This document shows, one piece after another, positions 11,571 through 24,824 of a DNA stretch of 64,000 bases (the first letter of the stretch is position 1; every line of letters begins with the position of its first letter). Under the pieces are notes generated by a model that saw nothing but the letters and a program-made list of their open reading frames with translations, was not told where the DNA came from and searched no databases. The position numbers and the translations under genes were made by a program. This stretch comes from Zootoca vivipara (Eukaryota): positions 25,234,001 through 25,298,000 of the forward strand of contig NC_083288.1 in NCBI RefSeq assembly GCF_963506605.1. The letters are read 5' to 3'.

Positions 11571-12717
11571 TGGAGGGTTGAAGCTGAGATAATTGCTTAC
11601 CTGAGCACCCTGGCAAGTTCCTGTTGAAGATATTATTTGAACCAGGAACTTCCTGGTTTGCAGTTTAGTCTCTTAATAGGCTGCACAGAGTCCCTGAAAA
11701 TGTACTTGGTCTTCTTTTCACTGAACCACACAGCTTTGCAGCTTTTCTTCACTACTTCCTGTGGATGAAGTGAAAGCATGCACCTTATGTCATAAATGCA
11801 TCTGCCTCCCCCCAATCCCTTGTCTGTTGCATTCAGCATCTTCCCATAGTAAGTATGCCTAGACTTGCCAGACCATTGGGACTCTCAGGAATGAGGCTAC
11901 CGTATCTCTTCAGAAAGAGCAGTTAGAGTGCTCAGGCATCACTGTGGAAAAACCAGTTACTGTACTGTGAAACTCACATGAGGCAGCTGAAGAAGAGAAA
12001 AATTTCAAACAACAATTTCCAACCCCTTTCAGTGTTTCTCCCTTCTTGCTGTACTCAAACAACAGCAGAAATTTGAGTAAAGCAGGGATGGAGAAACACT
12101 GAGGGACTGTTCTTTTTTTAAAAAAACTAGTTTTTAACGAGGAGAAATAGCAGAGCTGGGGGTAAACAAAAGGAGAGAGGGGATAAGGCAAGGAAACGGG
12201 GTTTATCTCTGTGCAAGAGAGAGTTCAGAAAAGTAAGGAGGATGTAGGAAAAAGGGGAATGAAGGTGAAAATGAGAGGGCAAAGGGGGACTGCACAAAAG
12301 GAGGGAGTGTGAGGCATGGGAATGGAGTTGAAGATGAAGGTGGGGGCATGAAAAGGTGTTTAGGTGGCCATTCACTGTGTTTCTACTAGTTCAGGCCTCC
12401 TGCCCTGCTTGTCTCATTTGGCACAATAAAGCAGAACACAAATAGGAAAAGGCTTTCCCTGATTATGTTCACATTCAAGTTGTCTGTCCTGCCTCCTCCT
12501 CCCCCTGAGAAGTTACAGGATGGTCCCCGACACACTTTTCTTTTGGTGGTTCTTTCGTTGTCTCCCAAGTTCTCACGCGCATCTGAGTGGAGTTTGGAGT
12601 GCGGGGGGGGGGGGTAATGAGACCTGGAAAATGATGCAGGAGTCCCAAAGTGAAGTTCTTTGGGCCACCAAAGTCATGTGACTGAATTTGCCCTCTCTTT
12701 TTTGCTTTTTGTTGTAG

Positions 12718-12941
12718 CTGCCATGGCAAGGCAGAAGAATGCATTGGCCTCTGCCGTGCCTTGATGAGTGTCCTCAATTGGATGCTGCGCTGTGCTGCCT
12801 TCTACACAGAGAAAATGAAGGAGCCTCTGGAGCAGGGGTCTGCTGAGAACCAGCTCACGATGTGCCTAGAGCGGCTGGCAAAGATCCTGGGCAGCACCAA
12901 GAACCGGGCCCTGATTCATATAGCCAAGTTGGAAGAGACAC
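12718..12941 (+). CDS. MED24: MED24 exon: CHGKAEECIGLCRALMSVLNWMLRC...RALIHIAKLEET
   Basis: TTGTAG acceptor, GTACGT donor; 224 nt. Confidence 0.93.
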
Positions 12942-13534
12942 GTACGTGGCTGGTGGTCTCGTGGGAGAGATACAAAATATTTACATTGAGAACTGTAGGG
13001 CTTGATTTGAATCCAAGATTCTAGTGCCAGCTACAGAACTCTCCTGTAGTTTTGATATGGATTCCCCCCCCAAAAAAGCCCCCCACAAGGGCCCTTTACA
13101 AGATCTGAAGTAGCACCACCCCAGTCTTCTTTATTCACGGGCCTTGTTTCTTCTTTATTGCCTACAGGGAGATTGCATTGCTGCTTCCCTATTGGGCAAG
13201 CCTGCTGTTTCACAGCTTTCCCTCAAAAAATTTAATATTTGGAAGTACTCTGATGCCTGTTTTTAAACTTCAGGGTCTCCATTGCCTTTTTAAAAAGTTC
13301 AACATGGAAGCAGCATCTTCAGCATTCAAGGTGTGATCCCAAACTTTAATAAACTTGCCTGGTCACGATAAAAGCCTCAGTTTGGGGAAATGGTTTCGCA
13401 AAGAGGTAGACTACACGCTTAGAAGGTCCTGGGGTCAACCCCTAGCAATCTCCCAAGGCAGCAGGATTGGGGGAAATCTCTTACCAAGGGCTAAGAGCTG
13501 ATTGGAACTTAAAATTACTGCTTTTCCTCTCTAG

Positions 13535-13646
13535 CTTCCTGGAGCGCAATCGAACAATCTCTTTCCAAGCTGGGAGACAATTTAGGACACATCAGCAACA
13601 GCCAGTTACAAAGCCAGGCAGAGGAGTGCATTGGCCTTGTCAAGAG
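13535..13646 (+). CDS. MED24: MED24 exon: SWSAIEQSLSKLGDNLGHISNSQLQSQAEECIGLVK
   Basis: CTCTAG acceptor, GTGGGC donor; 112 nt. Confidence 0.92.
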
Positions 13647-13756
13647 GTGGGCAGATGGCAGCTGCACAGTGTGGAGCGAGCGATTTCCTCTCCGTACACA
13701 AACGGAACCGAACTTCTAATACCTCCTCTTCCTCCCTGTCCCAATTTTCCGCACAG

Positions 13757-13907
13757 TATCCCCACTATGCTCTCTGTGCATGCGGAACAGCTGAACAAAA
13801 CTGGCTTCCCCACGATCCATGCCGTGGTGCTGCTAGAGGGGACAATGAACCTGACTGGAGAGCCGCAGCCACTGGTGGAACAACTCATGATGGTCAAAAG
13901 GATGCAG
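13757..13907 (+). CDS. MED24: MED24 exon: IPTMLSVHAEQLNKTGFPTIHAVVLLEGTMNLTGEPQPLVEQLMMVKRMQ
   Basis: GCACAG acceptor, GTATGG donor; 151 nt; follows a 110-nt intron. Confidence 0.95.
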
Positions 13908-15637
13908 GTATGGCTGGACTGGACCATAGGAAGGATGCTTGTCTCATTGTGCTGACTCCCACTGGACTGGACTGGGCAGTCTCATCACATGGTAGAAATG
14001 CTCCGTTTCAGACTGCAGCTGGCGGGTTGCATATTTGAATTTTCTTCCGTGAATAAAGAAGAACGTCCAGCACTTCGGTAGCTAGCATGTTGCAGGGAGA
14101 CTGGGCTAGATCCCTCCCCCCTGGCACAGAGTTTTCTATATGAATAACATGCTTGTACAGCAGTGAATTCAGTCTTGTGGTCCCTCCTATGCATTCCGAA
14201 ACGGTGCTGTCCAGGATCAGTTTTACCATGAGGCAAACTGTTTATCTAGTCTGGGCATCTGTTGTACCTCTCTTTTGAAATACAAATTAAAACAATGGAA
14301 AAAATTAAAGAGAGTTAGATGACAGTATACTGGCTGTATAGTGCTGGCTTTGCCCTATAAGTTTGGGGATGGAAAGAGGGAAAAAGCAGATAAAGCTTTT
14401 AAAGCAAACTTTCTGTGCTTTTGGCTGGAAACTTGGGAGAGCTGTGGGAGCTTCTAGTCTCAGGAGAGAATGCCTCAGCATAATTTCTCCCGCCGTTATT
14501 CACTTAGCAGGCTGATGACCAAGGCCCAAGTTTTCTTGTGGTGCTTCTCTCTTTCTCTCTCAAGTGTAGCAGGGGATGGTGGCTTCATAACTGGACGTAA
14601 GAGTGCTTAGTAGTTGAAATGTGTAGGAGGAGGAAGATGCAGGAAGTTACCCACAGAGGTGGTGTATGGGGGAGCTTGCAGTAAAGGAGGGAGGAATGGA
14701 CATGAGGGTAAAGGTGAAAACAGGTGCGTGGTGGGGCTGCAGAATACAAAAGAGAAGTGGCTTCAGAAATGCCTTGGGAAGGTGGAAAACAAGCTTAGCA
14801 ATTGTATGGGGTGGGAAGGGGAAGGAAGCTCTAGGGGGTTAATGTGGGAGGAATGGCAGGGGGTTGGTGAGCAGGGGTGCAGCTCCTAGTAAATGTGGTT
14901 GTGTTTGGTTGTGTTGCTGCAAGGAAGAGAGCAAAACATGGAGTGGGTGTCCATGATAGGAAAGGATCTATTTACTGGCCTTTTGCCCCTGGTATTGAAA
15001 ATGGAGTCCTACCTCGCTGTGCATGGGCATGAATGAATCTGTGTAGAAGTGGGTGCAAAGAACAGGGAAGAAGCTATTTGAGTCGAGAGAGTTTGGAGGA
15101 GCTGAGACGGAGGCATTATTTTTGTAAAGAGCTGTCGGACAGGGGTTGGGAAAAACGAGGACTAGACTCTGGGAGAAGGAGGCTCTGTTATTTAGTAGCA
15201 TATGTTATACTTGCAAGGGAGGTGGGGGGGCCGTATCTGCTTTCTAATAAGAGAAGTACACAGGAGCCATGCCATCTGTCCTCTAAGTCCTTCTCATTCA
15301 TTTGTGGGTGGGGGAGGAGGAAGGGGGGGCGCTGCACTCGCTTAGTGGAAAGAGGCACTGTCGATGCTTATAGGCACTTATTCTTGTTGGCTAGGATAAA
15401 TTATTTCAGGTTATCAAGCCCAGCTGCAGTTTGTGGGCTCTTGGCTGAAGGATCATGATGCACACACACTTGGGGTGATGGTGGAATGGGACTGCTGGAT
15501 AGTCCAACAAGTGTGCTAGAAATCTTGCATCCAGCCTTTTTTTTGTTGTTGTCAATACTGCGCCACTCTGAATCCAAACTGTGTTCCCTGAGGAAGATCC
15601 TGAGGCCTTCTCTCCCTGTGTCTCTTCTCCCTGCTAG

Positions 15638-15751
15638 CGCATTCCGTCCCCGCTTTTCATTCTGGAAATCTGGAAAGCCTGCTTTGTGGGGCTGATAGAG
15701 TCTCCTGAAGGGACAGAGGAGCTCAAATGGACAGCCTTCACGTTCCTCAAG
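15638..15751 (+). CDS. MED24: MED24 exon: RIPSPLFILEIWKACFVGLIESPEGTEELKWTAFTFLK
   Basis: TGCTAG acceptor, GTAAGG donor; 114 nt. Confidence 0.95.
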
Positions 15752-15910
15752 GTAAGGTACCCTTAGACCCAAATGAGCTGGGGCTCACCCTTTCCTAAAG
15801 TTCTTTTGTTGCCATCCGAGTTTCCCAGCTTACCGAGCAACAGAGGCCAAAAGGATTATGGGAAGTTGGTTAAATTTGTGGTCGTTTTAGGGCATCATGT
15901 ACAAGAGAGA

Positions 15911-16070
15911 GGGCAGTAACTCAGTGGTAGAGCGCATGCATTGCATGCCCAAAGTTCAATCTTTGGTAATCCTGGAGACAGTTGGTCACTCCCAGTTGGT
16001 GCAGACAGTACTAAACTAGAGGGACCCGTAGTCTTGACTTGATAGAAAGCAGTTCCCTGCATTCCTGATA
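15911..16070 (+). mobile_element. Degenerate tRNA-derived SINE (Squam3-like)
   Basis: A-box-like TAACTCAGTGGTAGAGC, B-box-like GTTCAATC; tail GCAGACAGTACTAAACTAGAGGGACC...AAGCAGTTCC. Confidence 0.55.
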
Positions 16071-18468
16071 CGTTGCCTTAGCCCATGTCTCTTCTTGAGC
16101 TGTGTGGCTGACCTAGGTGAAGGGAACGGGTTTCTCATTATCCCTCGCCTACCCCGCTTCTTGGTAATTAAACAGTTTTCTCCCTCTTGCATCAGGCTTC
16201 TTTCTGCTTCTATTTTCTGACATTGCATAGGCTTGATAGATTCTCCCAAATATCTGGTTCTCCAGCCTGGTTGCACACACACACACCCAATTAGCCCTGG
16301 GGTCTACCTGCAGCCCCCTGTCCCTGGCTTCATTTTTGATAGGGACACCTTTGGAAACATGCCTGTGGAACATTCAGACACTGATTCCAAACTTTTAGGA
16401 GAACCTGTGAGTTATATGTTCAAGGCTGTGGTTGTTTTCTGCAACTGAAATATTATTTAAGGTCTAGAAATATTATTTAAGCAAAACGGGGAAGGAGAGT
16501 GTCTCAATAACCTGGCCACTCCAGTGCTCCTTTCTAGGTTCTCAACCAGGGAATCTAAACCTGTGGCCTTCAGGTGTCATTGGACTCAGACTCCCATCAG
16601 CCTGAGTCAGTTTGGCCAGGGGTCAGGAATTGGGGACTGTAATTGAATGACATCTGGAAAGCTACAGATTCTCAATCTGTGCTTAAAACCTTTATTGAAC
16701 TCTGGCTGGGACCCAGCCTAATGCGTACCTGGGGCTGTGTATGCTTGGGCCTTGGAGTTCTCTTCAGGAATAGAAGGCATGGATAGGTGTGTCCAACAAC
16801 GACCCCTGCGATTGGCAGGCAGCACGAGACCTCTGGATTGGCCAGTCTTGTGAACACTTTGGAGCCCAGCCTTTTGCTTTTGACTGGTCAACAGAACAGT
16901 AACTTCTGCCAACTCTACTCCAGTTCTCACCTCTGGCTTCAGGAACCCCGGGTTGGAAAACACACTGCTGATCAGGATCAAGTATGGCTGCCCCTGTATC
17001 AGTCCTGGCACAACTCAGCTGCAACATTAGGGATTAGGAACGAAAAGGAAGAAATACCAAAGTCCTCTAGGGTCTTGGTCAAAGACTTTTCCTCTCACAC
17101 TGTAACCTCTGCCGTGCTAATTCTTGCCCTTTGTAATCATAGTTTCCCCCATCTGCATCAATGGAGGTTCTCAGATCTACTGGCAGCCCGGGGTGTTGGA
17201 TGCCATTCACTATTATAGTGAGTGGAAACACTAATCTCTTCTTATGCTCTTTCTGGGCTGTCATCCTTGGTAGAGCCTGGAGGAGTATCTGTATTTAGCT
17301 ATATACTTCTTTAAATTTTTTATTTTTTTGCAATGTAAACATAAGCCAGATGGCTCTGTCTTCCTTCTCCCTGGTTTTCTTGGTAAACACACTCTGACGC
17401 TGCTAGATTCCCCCAAAGAGATCCAGCAAATTGCAACTTAGCATTCCCTGCCTGCTCAGTAAATCTCCATTGCAACTCAAGTACATCATGTAACTTATCA
17501 GCCATGCGAAGAGGAATAAATTAAGAAGTATGAAAGAGACAAACACACACACACACACTCCTGAACAAACTGGAAAGCAAAAGAAATAACAAACAGTTAA
17601 TCTCTGGGGCTTGTTGCCATATGATAGCATGAAGATCAGATTAGGCATGCCTAATTCTACATTTAGGAGTTTGTTGGTTTTTTGAATATTTATTTCCAGT
17701 TTCGTGTGCAAAATGCTTTCTTATCTTCAAAAGCAAGGGAGAAATCGGTTTCATAGCCAAGTTGAGATATGAAACCTTCCAATCCAATATTTAGTGCCCT
17801 TGACCACATTAGCGCACACCCCCCCCCCAGATTTGTCACTGGAAGTAATTAAGCCGGTTTGCGACTTGGACTTGGTTGATAAGGACACCAGAAGCAACAA
17901 CCAGACTGACTTCGAACCTTTTCTGAGCATTAGTTAGGCTAGTTTCATGTCATGGAATGTTCGTAGATGGAACATGAAATGTTCCAACATCGGAGTGTGA
18001 AGATAATAGTAATAGGAAGTTGAAAAACAGCTTGGCATTTATGAGGAAAGCGAAGGCCAGTTTGCGCAGGGTCTGTGTGCAGTTAGGGCTCACGGGAGAA
18101 TAGAGATAGGAAGGGGTTTTGGGAAAGAGGACTACAAGCAGCTGTGGAAAACTTTGGATGCTCGTGATATGGCTGAACCATCCTTGTCCATGCTTGCTGG
18201 GGGTGATGGGAGTTGTAGTTCAGCAACATCTGGAGGGCCAGAGGATTGTTAAAGGGCAATGGGACTGAGTGGAACAGAAGTCAAGAACAACTGTCTTACA
18301 GGGTCTAGGGAGAGGAGGAGGGGCTGTGAAAAGGGGGAAGGAGTGAAAAGGCAAAGGAGTTTTGAGCAGTCCAGGACATGTGAGTCAGGGAGCAAAATTC
18401 ACAAGGAGATGAAGGGGGGGGGGTAGCTTTGAGATCCCTTATTAAATTCTTACTTTGCTCTTTTTCAG

Positions 18469-18516
18469 ATTCCACAAGTACTCGTAAAATTGAAAAAATA
18501 TCCTCAAGGAGAAAAG
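18469..18516 (+). CDS. MED24: MED24 exon: IPQVLVKLKKYPQGEK
   Basis: TTTCAG acceptor, GTAAAT donor; 48 nt. Confidence 0.94.
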
Positions 18517-18589
18517 GTAAATATTGCTTTTTGAAAAGCAAATCATCATCATCATCACCATCACAACAGCTACGTCAGTGTTCTATTTA

Positions 18590-18815
18590 CAGTGGTACCT
18601 CGGGTTACAAACACTTTGGGTTACAAACTCCGCTAACCTGGAAGTAGTTGATCCGGGTTGCAAACTTTGCCCCAGGATGAGGACAGAAATCGTGCGGCGG
18701 TGGCACGGCGGCAGCAGGAGGCCCCATTAGCGAAAGTGCACCTCAGGTTAACAACAGTTTCGGGTTAAGAACGGACCTCCGGAATGAATTAAGTTCGTAA
18801 CACGAGGTACCGCTG
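18590..18815 (+). mobile_element. Tigger/pogo-like MITE
   Basis: TA-flanked TIRs CAGTGGTACCTCGGGTTAC / GTAACACGAGGTACCGCTG; inverted copy at 27879-28108. Confidence 0.85.
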
Positions 18816-19788
18816 TATTTGTTTAGAACTGCTAAAAAGTATTTGGGAAGAAAAATGGAAGCAAGTCATCATGATTTTAGTTTTGCAATTAAGAGTGCTT
18901 AGGTTAAAGATGGGATTTTCAGTGAGAACAAGGCCCATCAGTGACTCTAACCATGATGGGTAAGGGTGAAGAGCCAGAATTTCTATGATTATCATGCTTT
19001 AGGTCAAAGAAGAAAGGCATTTCAATCATACCCTCTTTGTGAGCTTCACAGAGGCATTTGACTGCTGTCTGCTGTCTTAGACAGAATGCTGGGCTAAATG
19101 GAGCTTTTGCTTAAAAAGTAGTTCTTCTGCCGCTGAGTGAGTTTATGGCTAAAGTGGGATTCGAACCTGTCTTCCCAGTCATAGAGGTCATCTAATGTGG
19201 TCTTTAAGAGAAGCATATGGAAAGAAATTAGCCTCAAAGCTTAACTTTTGAGACTGCCTCCTTTTAAAAATACAAATAAAAAAACCACCTGCTATTCAGA
19301 TTTCCCCTTTCAAACCTCAGCATAAGTTTTCTTTTTCTTTCTAAATTCCATACCGCATAAAATCTGGGGGAGACAAAAAGTCAGTTCCACACACATTTAT
19401 CATATTCTCCCTTACTCAATAAAACCCCCAACTGCAATGTACCACTTGCAAAGAGCGGCTCAAAAGAAGTAATTCTTCACTAGTGTCTCTGCAGAGCTTC
19501 AGTTTACATAATCAAGTGGTTCAAGCTTCTACACCACAGAAGGGCGTGGAGAGAAACAAAACAACCAACCCTTTAAGTTTGCTGGATTTTTTCCCCAGCT
19601 CGCTCAATGGCAAATTTTGTAGCATGAAACTTGCCAAAAAGAAATTACCAGGAGCTAATATTCTCAGTGTGGGCTTATTGGGATGCGCTGCCTTGGCCTG
19701 TTTGTATAGGGGGATTATGGGTGGGGATTCCAGTATAGCACTGACAGACCCTTTAGATGTAAGGAAGAAAATAATTGTGCAATTGCAG

Positions 19789-19871
19789 GACTTCACCGAA
19801 GATGTGAATTGTGCCTTTGAGTTCCTCCTGAAGCTGACGCCCCTTCTGGACAAGGCCGACCAACGCTGCAA
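19789..19871 (+). CDS. MED24: MED24 exon: DFTEDVNCAFEFLLKLTPLLDKADQRC
   Basis: TTGCAG acceptor (purine-rich upstream), GTAGGT donor; 83 nt. Confidence 0.94.
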
Positions 19872-21380
19872 GTAGGTTCCCCTTCTTCGTGGCCCTTCAA
19901 GAGCCCAAGGGCTTTTCCTGCTTGGCCTGGGAGTTCTTCTCTCAATTTCACTCCCATGTTTATCATGGTCTCTGCTCCCATCAGATGCCACTCTCTTAGC
20001 TGCCAGCCACCAACCTTTGTCCCCCAAAGCTCCACTACTTCAATCTCAGGGTCTAACTCTTAGGGAGCTTGGCAACCCTAGTGTTACTGTCAGGATGAAG
20101 GCTGCTTTTTAAATTTGTTGTTGTTGTTGTTGTTTCATATATTTAATTGAACACACAAAAAAATACAGCAAGTGACTAGAGACAGGACATAAACACATCA
20201 TTACTGTATTTTCCCCCATTGAACCAAGTTGAATAATGAGCGTTGAAGACTAGGTTGGAGGGATATTTTGGCCAAAACCAGTTTGCTATTTGGAGTAGGG
20301 GCAAGCAAGGTGGGAGAACAGTCAAGGTTGAGATGGGAACAACCTGATAGACAAGGCAGAGTTGAGCAGGCTTAGATAGTGGGAGAAATTGCTGAGGTGG
20401 TTATCATGCAGAGGAAGTTAAATGGACCAACTCGTGCGGGAGGTGTGTTTGTTACTCAAACTAGAACCTGGTATAAGCTCTCTGAAGTGGTCACCAGTCA
20501 CAGAAACTGGTTTTGTTAGTAGAAGGAGCCTGTGGGAGGACTGGGCCTCTTCTTCACTGCTCAAACCTGCTCCCTGTTTTCTTAACACAATAACATTGGT
20601 TGACTGAGTTTACTTACATGCTGCTTTCCCACAATGAGCTGTGTCCAAAGCGGCTAACACCAAGCATTCAAAACATCAAAAGAGAGCATTGGAAATACGG
20701 ATATACAGAATACAGAATGATAGCACTGACAACAGAAAAGTAGAAGCTAGCACAGTTTAATCTGAAACGGGAATTTTTCAAGGAAAATTCCCTGTTTCCC
20801 CCCTGCTGGGTAGGATATAACAGGAGATTAGAACGGGGGGGGGGGGGGGAGATGGCCAAGGAAAGCGGACAGCCTTGTAAACAGAATTTGATGTGCATAG
20901 GTTTGCTGCTGATGTTGCAATTAGAACTGTTTGTTCTGCATGATAGATTAAGACCCAAACTCCCCAATGTGTGAAGCAGTCAGTGTCGCTCTTGCATAAA
21001 GTAGTATTTTGAATCAGTTTGGTTCAATTTTCTTGTGCCCAGCTCTTGAACGCTTTGTTCTGTTATGCATAAGCACAAACCTGAGGTGGTTCTTTCTTAC
21101 TCTTAATCCTTCAGCCAGGGCTGGATGTGCTCTGTGCTAGATACATGATAAATTGCCTGCCAAGGAGCTGTAGGTTAGAATGGGCAACTCCTGGGTTCTG
21201 TACATTCTGTACTCCCGTGATCTCAACTTGGAAGTGCAGAATTGCAGAATTGTGCACCTTGAGAATCCAGATGTTTGTTTTAGGTGTCTGGTGGGTTTTG
21301 GGGTGGTTTTTTTTAAGGTGTCATGCCTTTAAAGTAGCCTTGAAAATGAGTGGATAGAAGCTCAGAAACATTCAGTAGTT

Positions 21381-21638
21381 AAAAAAAATTCCTTCAGTAG
21401 CACCTTAAAGACCAACTAAGTTTTTATTTTGGTATGAGCTTTCGTGTGCATGCACGCTTCTTCAGAAGAAGTGTGAAGAAGAAGTGTGAAGATGAAGCAT
21501 GCACACTTCATCTGAAGAAGTGTGCATGCACACGAAAGCTCATACCAAAATAAAAACTTAGTTGGTCTTTAAGGTGCTACTGAAGGAATTTTTTTTATTT
21601 TACTTTGATCCAGACCAACACGGCTACCTACCTGTAAC
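21381..21638. mobile_element. Penelope-like element: two termini in inverted orientation
   Basis: ~85-bp inverted arms (21381-21465 / 21511-21596); tail AGACCAACACGGCTACCTACCTGTAAC; flanked by the direct repeat CATTCAGTAGTTA; same family as 33727-34078. Confidence 0.8.
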
Positions 21639-22586
21639 CATTCAGTAGTTAGCAACCTATCTATCATGGCTGGCAGAAAAACTCCATAGATTATGCAAAG
21701 GAAGTGAGTGTACACATGCAAATGTGCTTTGTTTACAGAATTGAGCCAACCAATTTGGTTGGTCTTGTAAGTAGCTGTGTAGTAATGGGAAGAGCATTGA
21801 GCTTGGATGGAGGAGACCAGGGTTCATTTCCCTGCTCCTCAACTAGGAAGCTGGCTGGGCAGCATTCAGCAAGCTTCTGTCTCTACCCGGAAGGCATTTG
21901 TGTGGCTAAAATGACATATTCTCCATGAAAGCAAAACTTAGGAGTAGCACAGATACAAATGCAAAACATACCGCAGTGGGCCACTGAGGCCTCCAGAGAC
22001 AAAGGTGGATCTGTGGCCATTCTCAAAATGCTAACCAGTCCTTGAGTGGGGAGCACAACCCCCTTCAGGACAGGTTGAGAAATTTCCTTACTGGGCCCAA
22101 AGCGAAATTTAGAGCATGCAGGTGTCAATCACTGAAACCACACAGATCCTTTTTGAACTTTCGAGCCTTTCAGCAGCGGTTGCTTCCACTCAAGGTTTGT
22201 CCTTTTCTTAACACTGCGAAGACTAGAAGGTTGAACCCTGGTATCCTCCTTTGTATTCCTCCTTTTCCCGATCGTTACTTTATTTGCAATGTCAAAAATG
22301 GCGCTCAATAAAAAACTCTACAACTTTTACGGCAGCTGAAACACAAGGACTTTATACCCGATCAAAGAGAGGCATTTTAACGGGATTCTTTCTGTGCCTC
22401 CCAGTTATATTCTTTTACCTTTAGTTGTATTCCCACCATCTCTTCCTTAATTCACCTTGTGCCATCTAGTGTCCTTCCCCAAAAGGTCCAGCGAGAGAAC
22501 AGTCTGTCTCCATTATGGACCATGTTTGTTCAGACATTTTTACACATGTTTTTTTCCCCTCTCTCTTTTGGTTGTTGTTCTTCCAG

Positions 22587-22673
22587 CTGTGACTGCACGA
22601 GCCTTCTTTTTCAAGAATGTGGCAAGCAGGGTCTGCTCTCCGAAGCCAACATGAACAACCTTATAGCCAAACG
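22587..22673 (+). CDS. MED24: MED24 exon: CDCTSLLFQECGKQGLLSEANMNNLIAKR
   Basis: TTCCAG acceptor, GTAGGC donor; 87 nt. Confidence 0.95.
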
Positions 22674-24712
22674 GTAGGCATATCTACCTTTGCACAAAAG
22701 GGACGATAGGCTAAGTGCAGGGGCAAAGATGCATATAGCGGTTGCTTCAGCATTTCTTGAGCTTCTGCCCCTTAACTTGTGGGGAAGAGGAAAGGAAGTT
22801 CTCAGCTGCCTGACAACCGTCTTGGAGACATTCCCCCAGCAGCCGCGCATTATTCTCAGCTTCTCTAAAACCATGGGCGAATGCATGCGATCAACTTGTC
22901 AAGTGGTAAATGCAAGGAAGCTTGCCCATTTCTTAAATAATGTAAAGCTTAAAAGTGCAAGTGTACACAAGTGACTGTGGCAGGCTTTGTTTTAATCTGT
23001 GGCTTCAGCCTCATTTACTGACTTGCTTTGCTGCAGTGGAGGGAAGACATCGCCCTCTGTGCCTTGCGGCAGTGTTTTGTCACTAGTTCTTTCTTTAGGG
23101 AAGTGGATGGTTAATATATTCCACACAATCTTAAGGGTTTATTCCTACTGATAATGGTATCGTTGTTTCAAATAGGCCAGTGAAACTTCTCACCCTCTCT
23201 TTCAAATTTTATTTCTCTGAAGGGGGAAAATTACTGCTTTTTTTATATATATATAAAAAGATTGCATTTGTTTTAAGCTGGCAAAATCATTAAATGCATT
23301 GCTTTTTAGGTCTGCGAAGCATCTGCTGTGCTTAATTTCACACCTTTTAAACTGGTTGGTGGGGGAATTGTGTTCTCTCTCCCCCTCCCACCTCTCATCA
23401 CACAGCGCAAACTGATGCCTTAGCAGATAAACCCTCACATACACTGTAGTAAGCTGACCAGTGTTGATTTAGTCTTGTTTTATTAGTATGGATTGGGCAA
23501 GGATGTACGTAGACTTTTCCTTCCATTTTCTTTCAGTTTCTGCTCAGGGTATCCAGCCACAAACAGCTTGTGAGTAGGAGTTCTGTTTGCATATTAAAAG
23601 GTTGCTCCTCGACAAAATACCACTAAAACTTAAGTTAATAATTTTTTTAATTAAAAAAAACACCTGTCAGAGGCTGCAGATATTTCAGCATGTTTAAATG
23701 ATAAACAGCACTTGGAATAGATATCTGAACTCATTTTAAAAAAACAAAAAACCTATGGTAAAAAAGCAGGGGGACAAAAATCTAGCTTTGAAAAGACAGC
23801 AGTATCTGTGAAATGCTATAACTCAGGGGCTGTGTTCCCTACTCCAGGTCATAGTTGCCCGTCACAGATTACTAATACAGATGACCAGTTTATTAAGTTG
23901 GGACTGCAGGGCTTCGTCATTTGTCCTTCTAAAAGCCCTGCAACCTTTTGCTCCTCCTTTCCTTGAAATCCTTCTATTCTAACTTGTCATTGCAAGAATT
24001 CTGTAGCTAAGAAATAATAGTTTCCGAGTTTGCTTCCCCACCCAACCCCTGCACCCACCCTCTCAGTTGCATTTTCTTCTGTGCCATGTCTTTTTTAGAT
24101 TGTAAGCCTGGAGACAGGGACTGTCCTGTCGCTGACATATTTACCGAAGAGTAGAACAAAAATGTTTCAAATAAATAAGCCGTAATGTTGGGGAGCCTAG
24201 CCACATGATAAGGTCTTCAAACTTTAGCACACATTAGAATGAGCGGCAAGCGGATGGGCGAATCCCACCACCTTTTCCTTAATACTGACTGGGGATGGGA
24301 TACCTACGGTTCTCCAGATGTTGGACAACAATTAACATCACCCCCTGACCATTTGCCACGCTGGCTGAATCTGATAGGGGTTGGAGTCCAAAAGCTTCCA
24401 AAGGATTAAAGAGTATAGACCATGCAAAACCATGGTAGAAAACTTTACCACTCAGTCAGTTTGTCATCTGCATTCAGCCCACGGGGACTTGGAAGTCTTG
24501 TTTCTGAGAACCCACAGGTTAAATATGCGAGTTAACCTGAGTCAAACTCTCATAAATTAAAAGTTCATTGCCCTGAATTTTCATCAGAAGTTTATAGATA
24601 TGTGAATTTTGTACTGTTGGGGTGGCCCTTAGAGCAGAGCATTCCACTTTCATTGAAGAGCTCTTTACCCTCTTATTTCAACTCTGGGTATTTTTCTTCT
24701 GACCTCACCCAG

Positions 24713-24824
24713 GACCGCTGATCGGGAACACGCGCCACGTTTAAAGTCTCCTGAGAATGCTAACATTCAACCCAACCCAGGCCTCATCCTGCGAGCAGAG
24801 CCCACCGTCACCAACATCCTGAAA
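24713..24824 (+). CDS. MED24: MED24 exon: TADREHAPRLKSPENANIQPNPGLILRAEPTVTNILK
   Basis: ACCCAG acceptor, GTAGGC donor; 112 nt. Confidence 0.95.

Noticed and set aside
15911-15965. tRNA-like sequences here, at 35186 and in Sauria SINE heads
   Set aside because: No complete cloverleaf; each continues into a SINE body.
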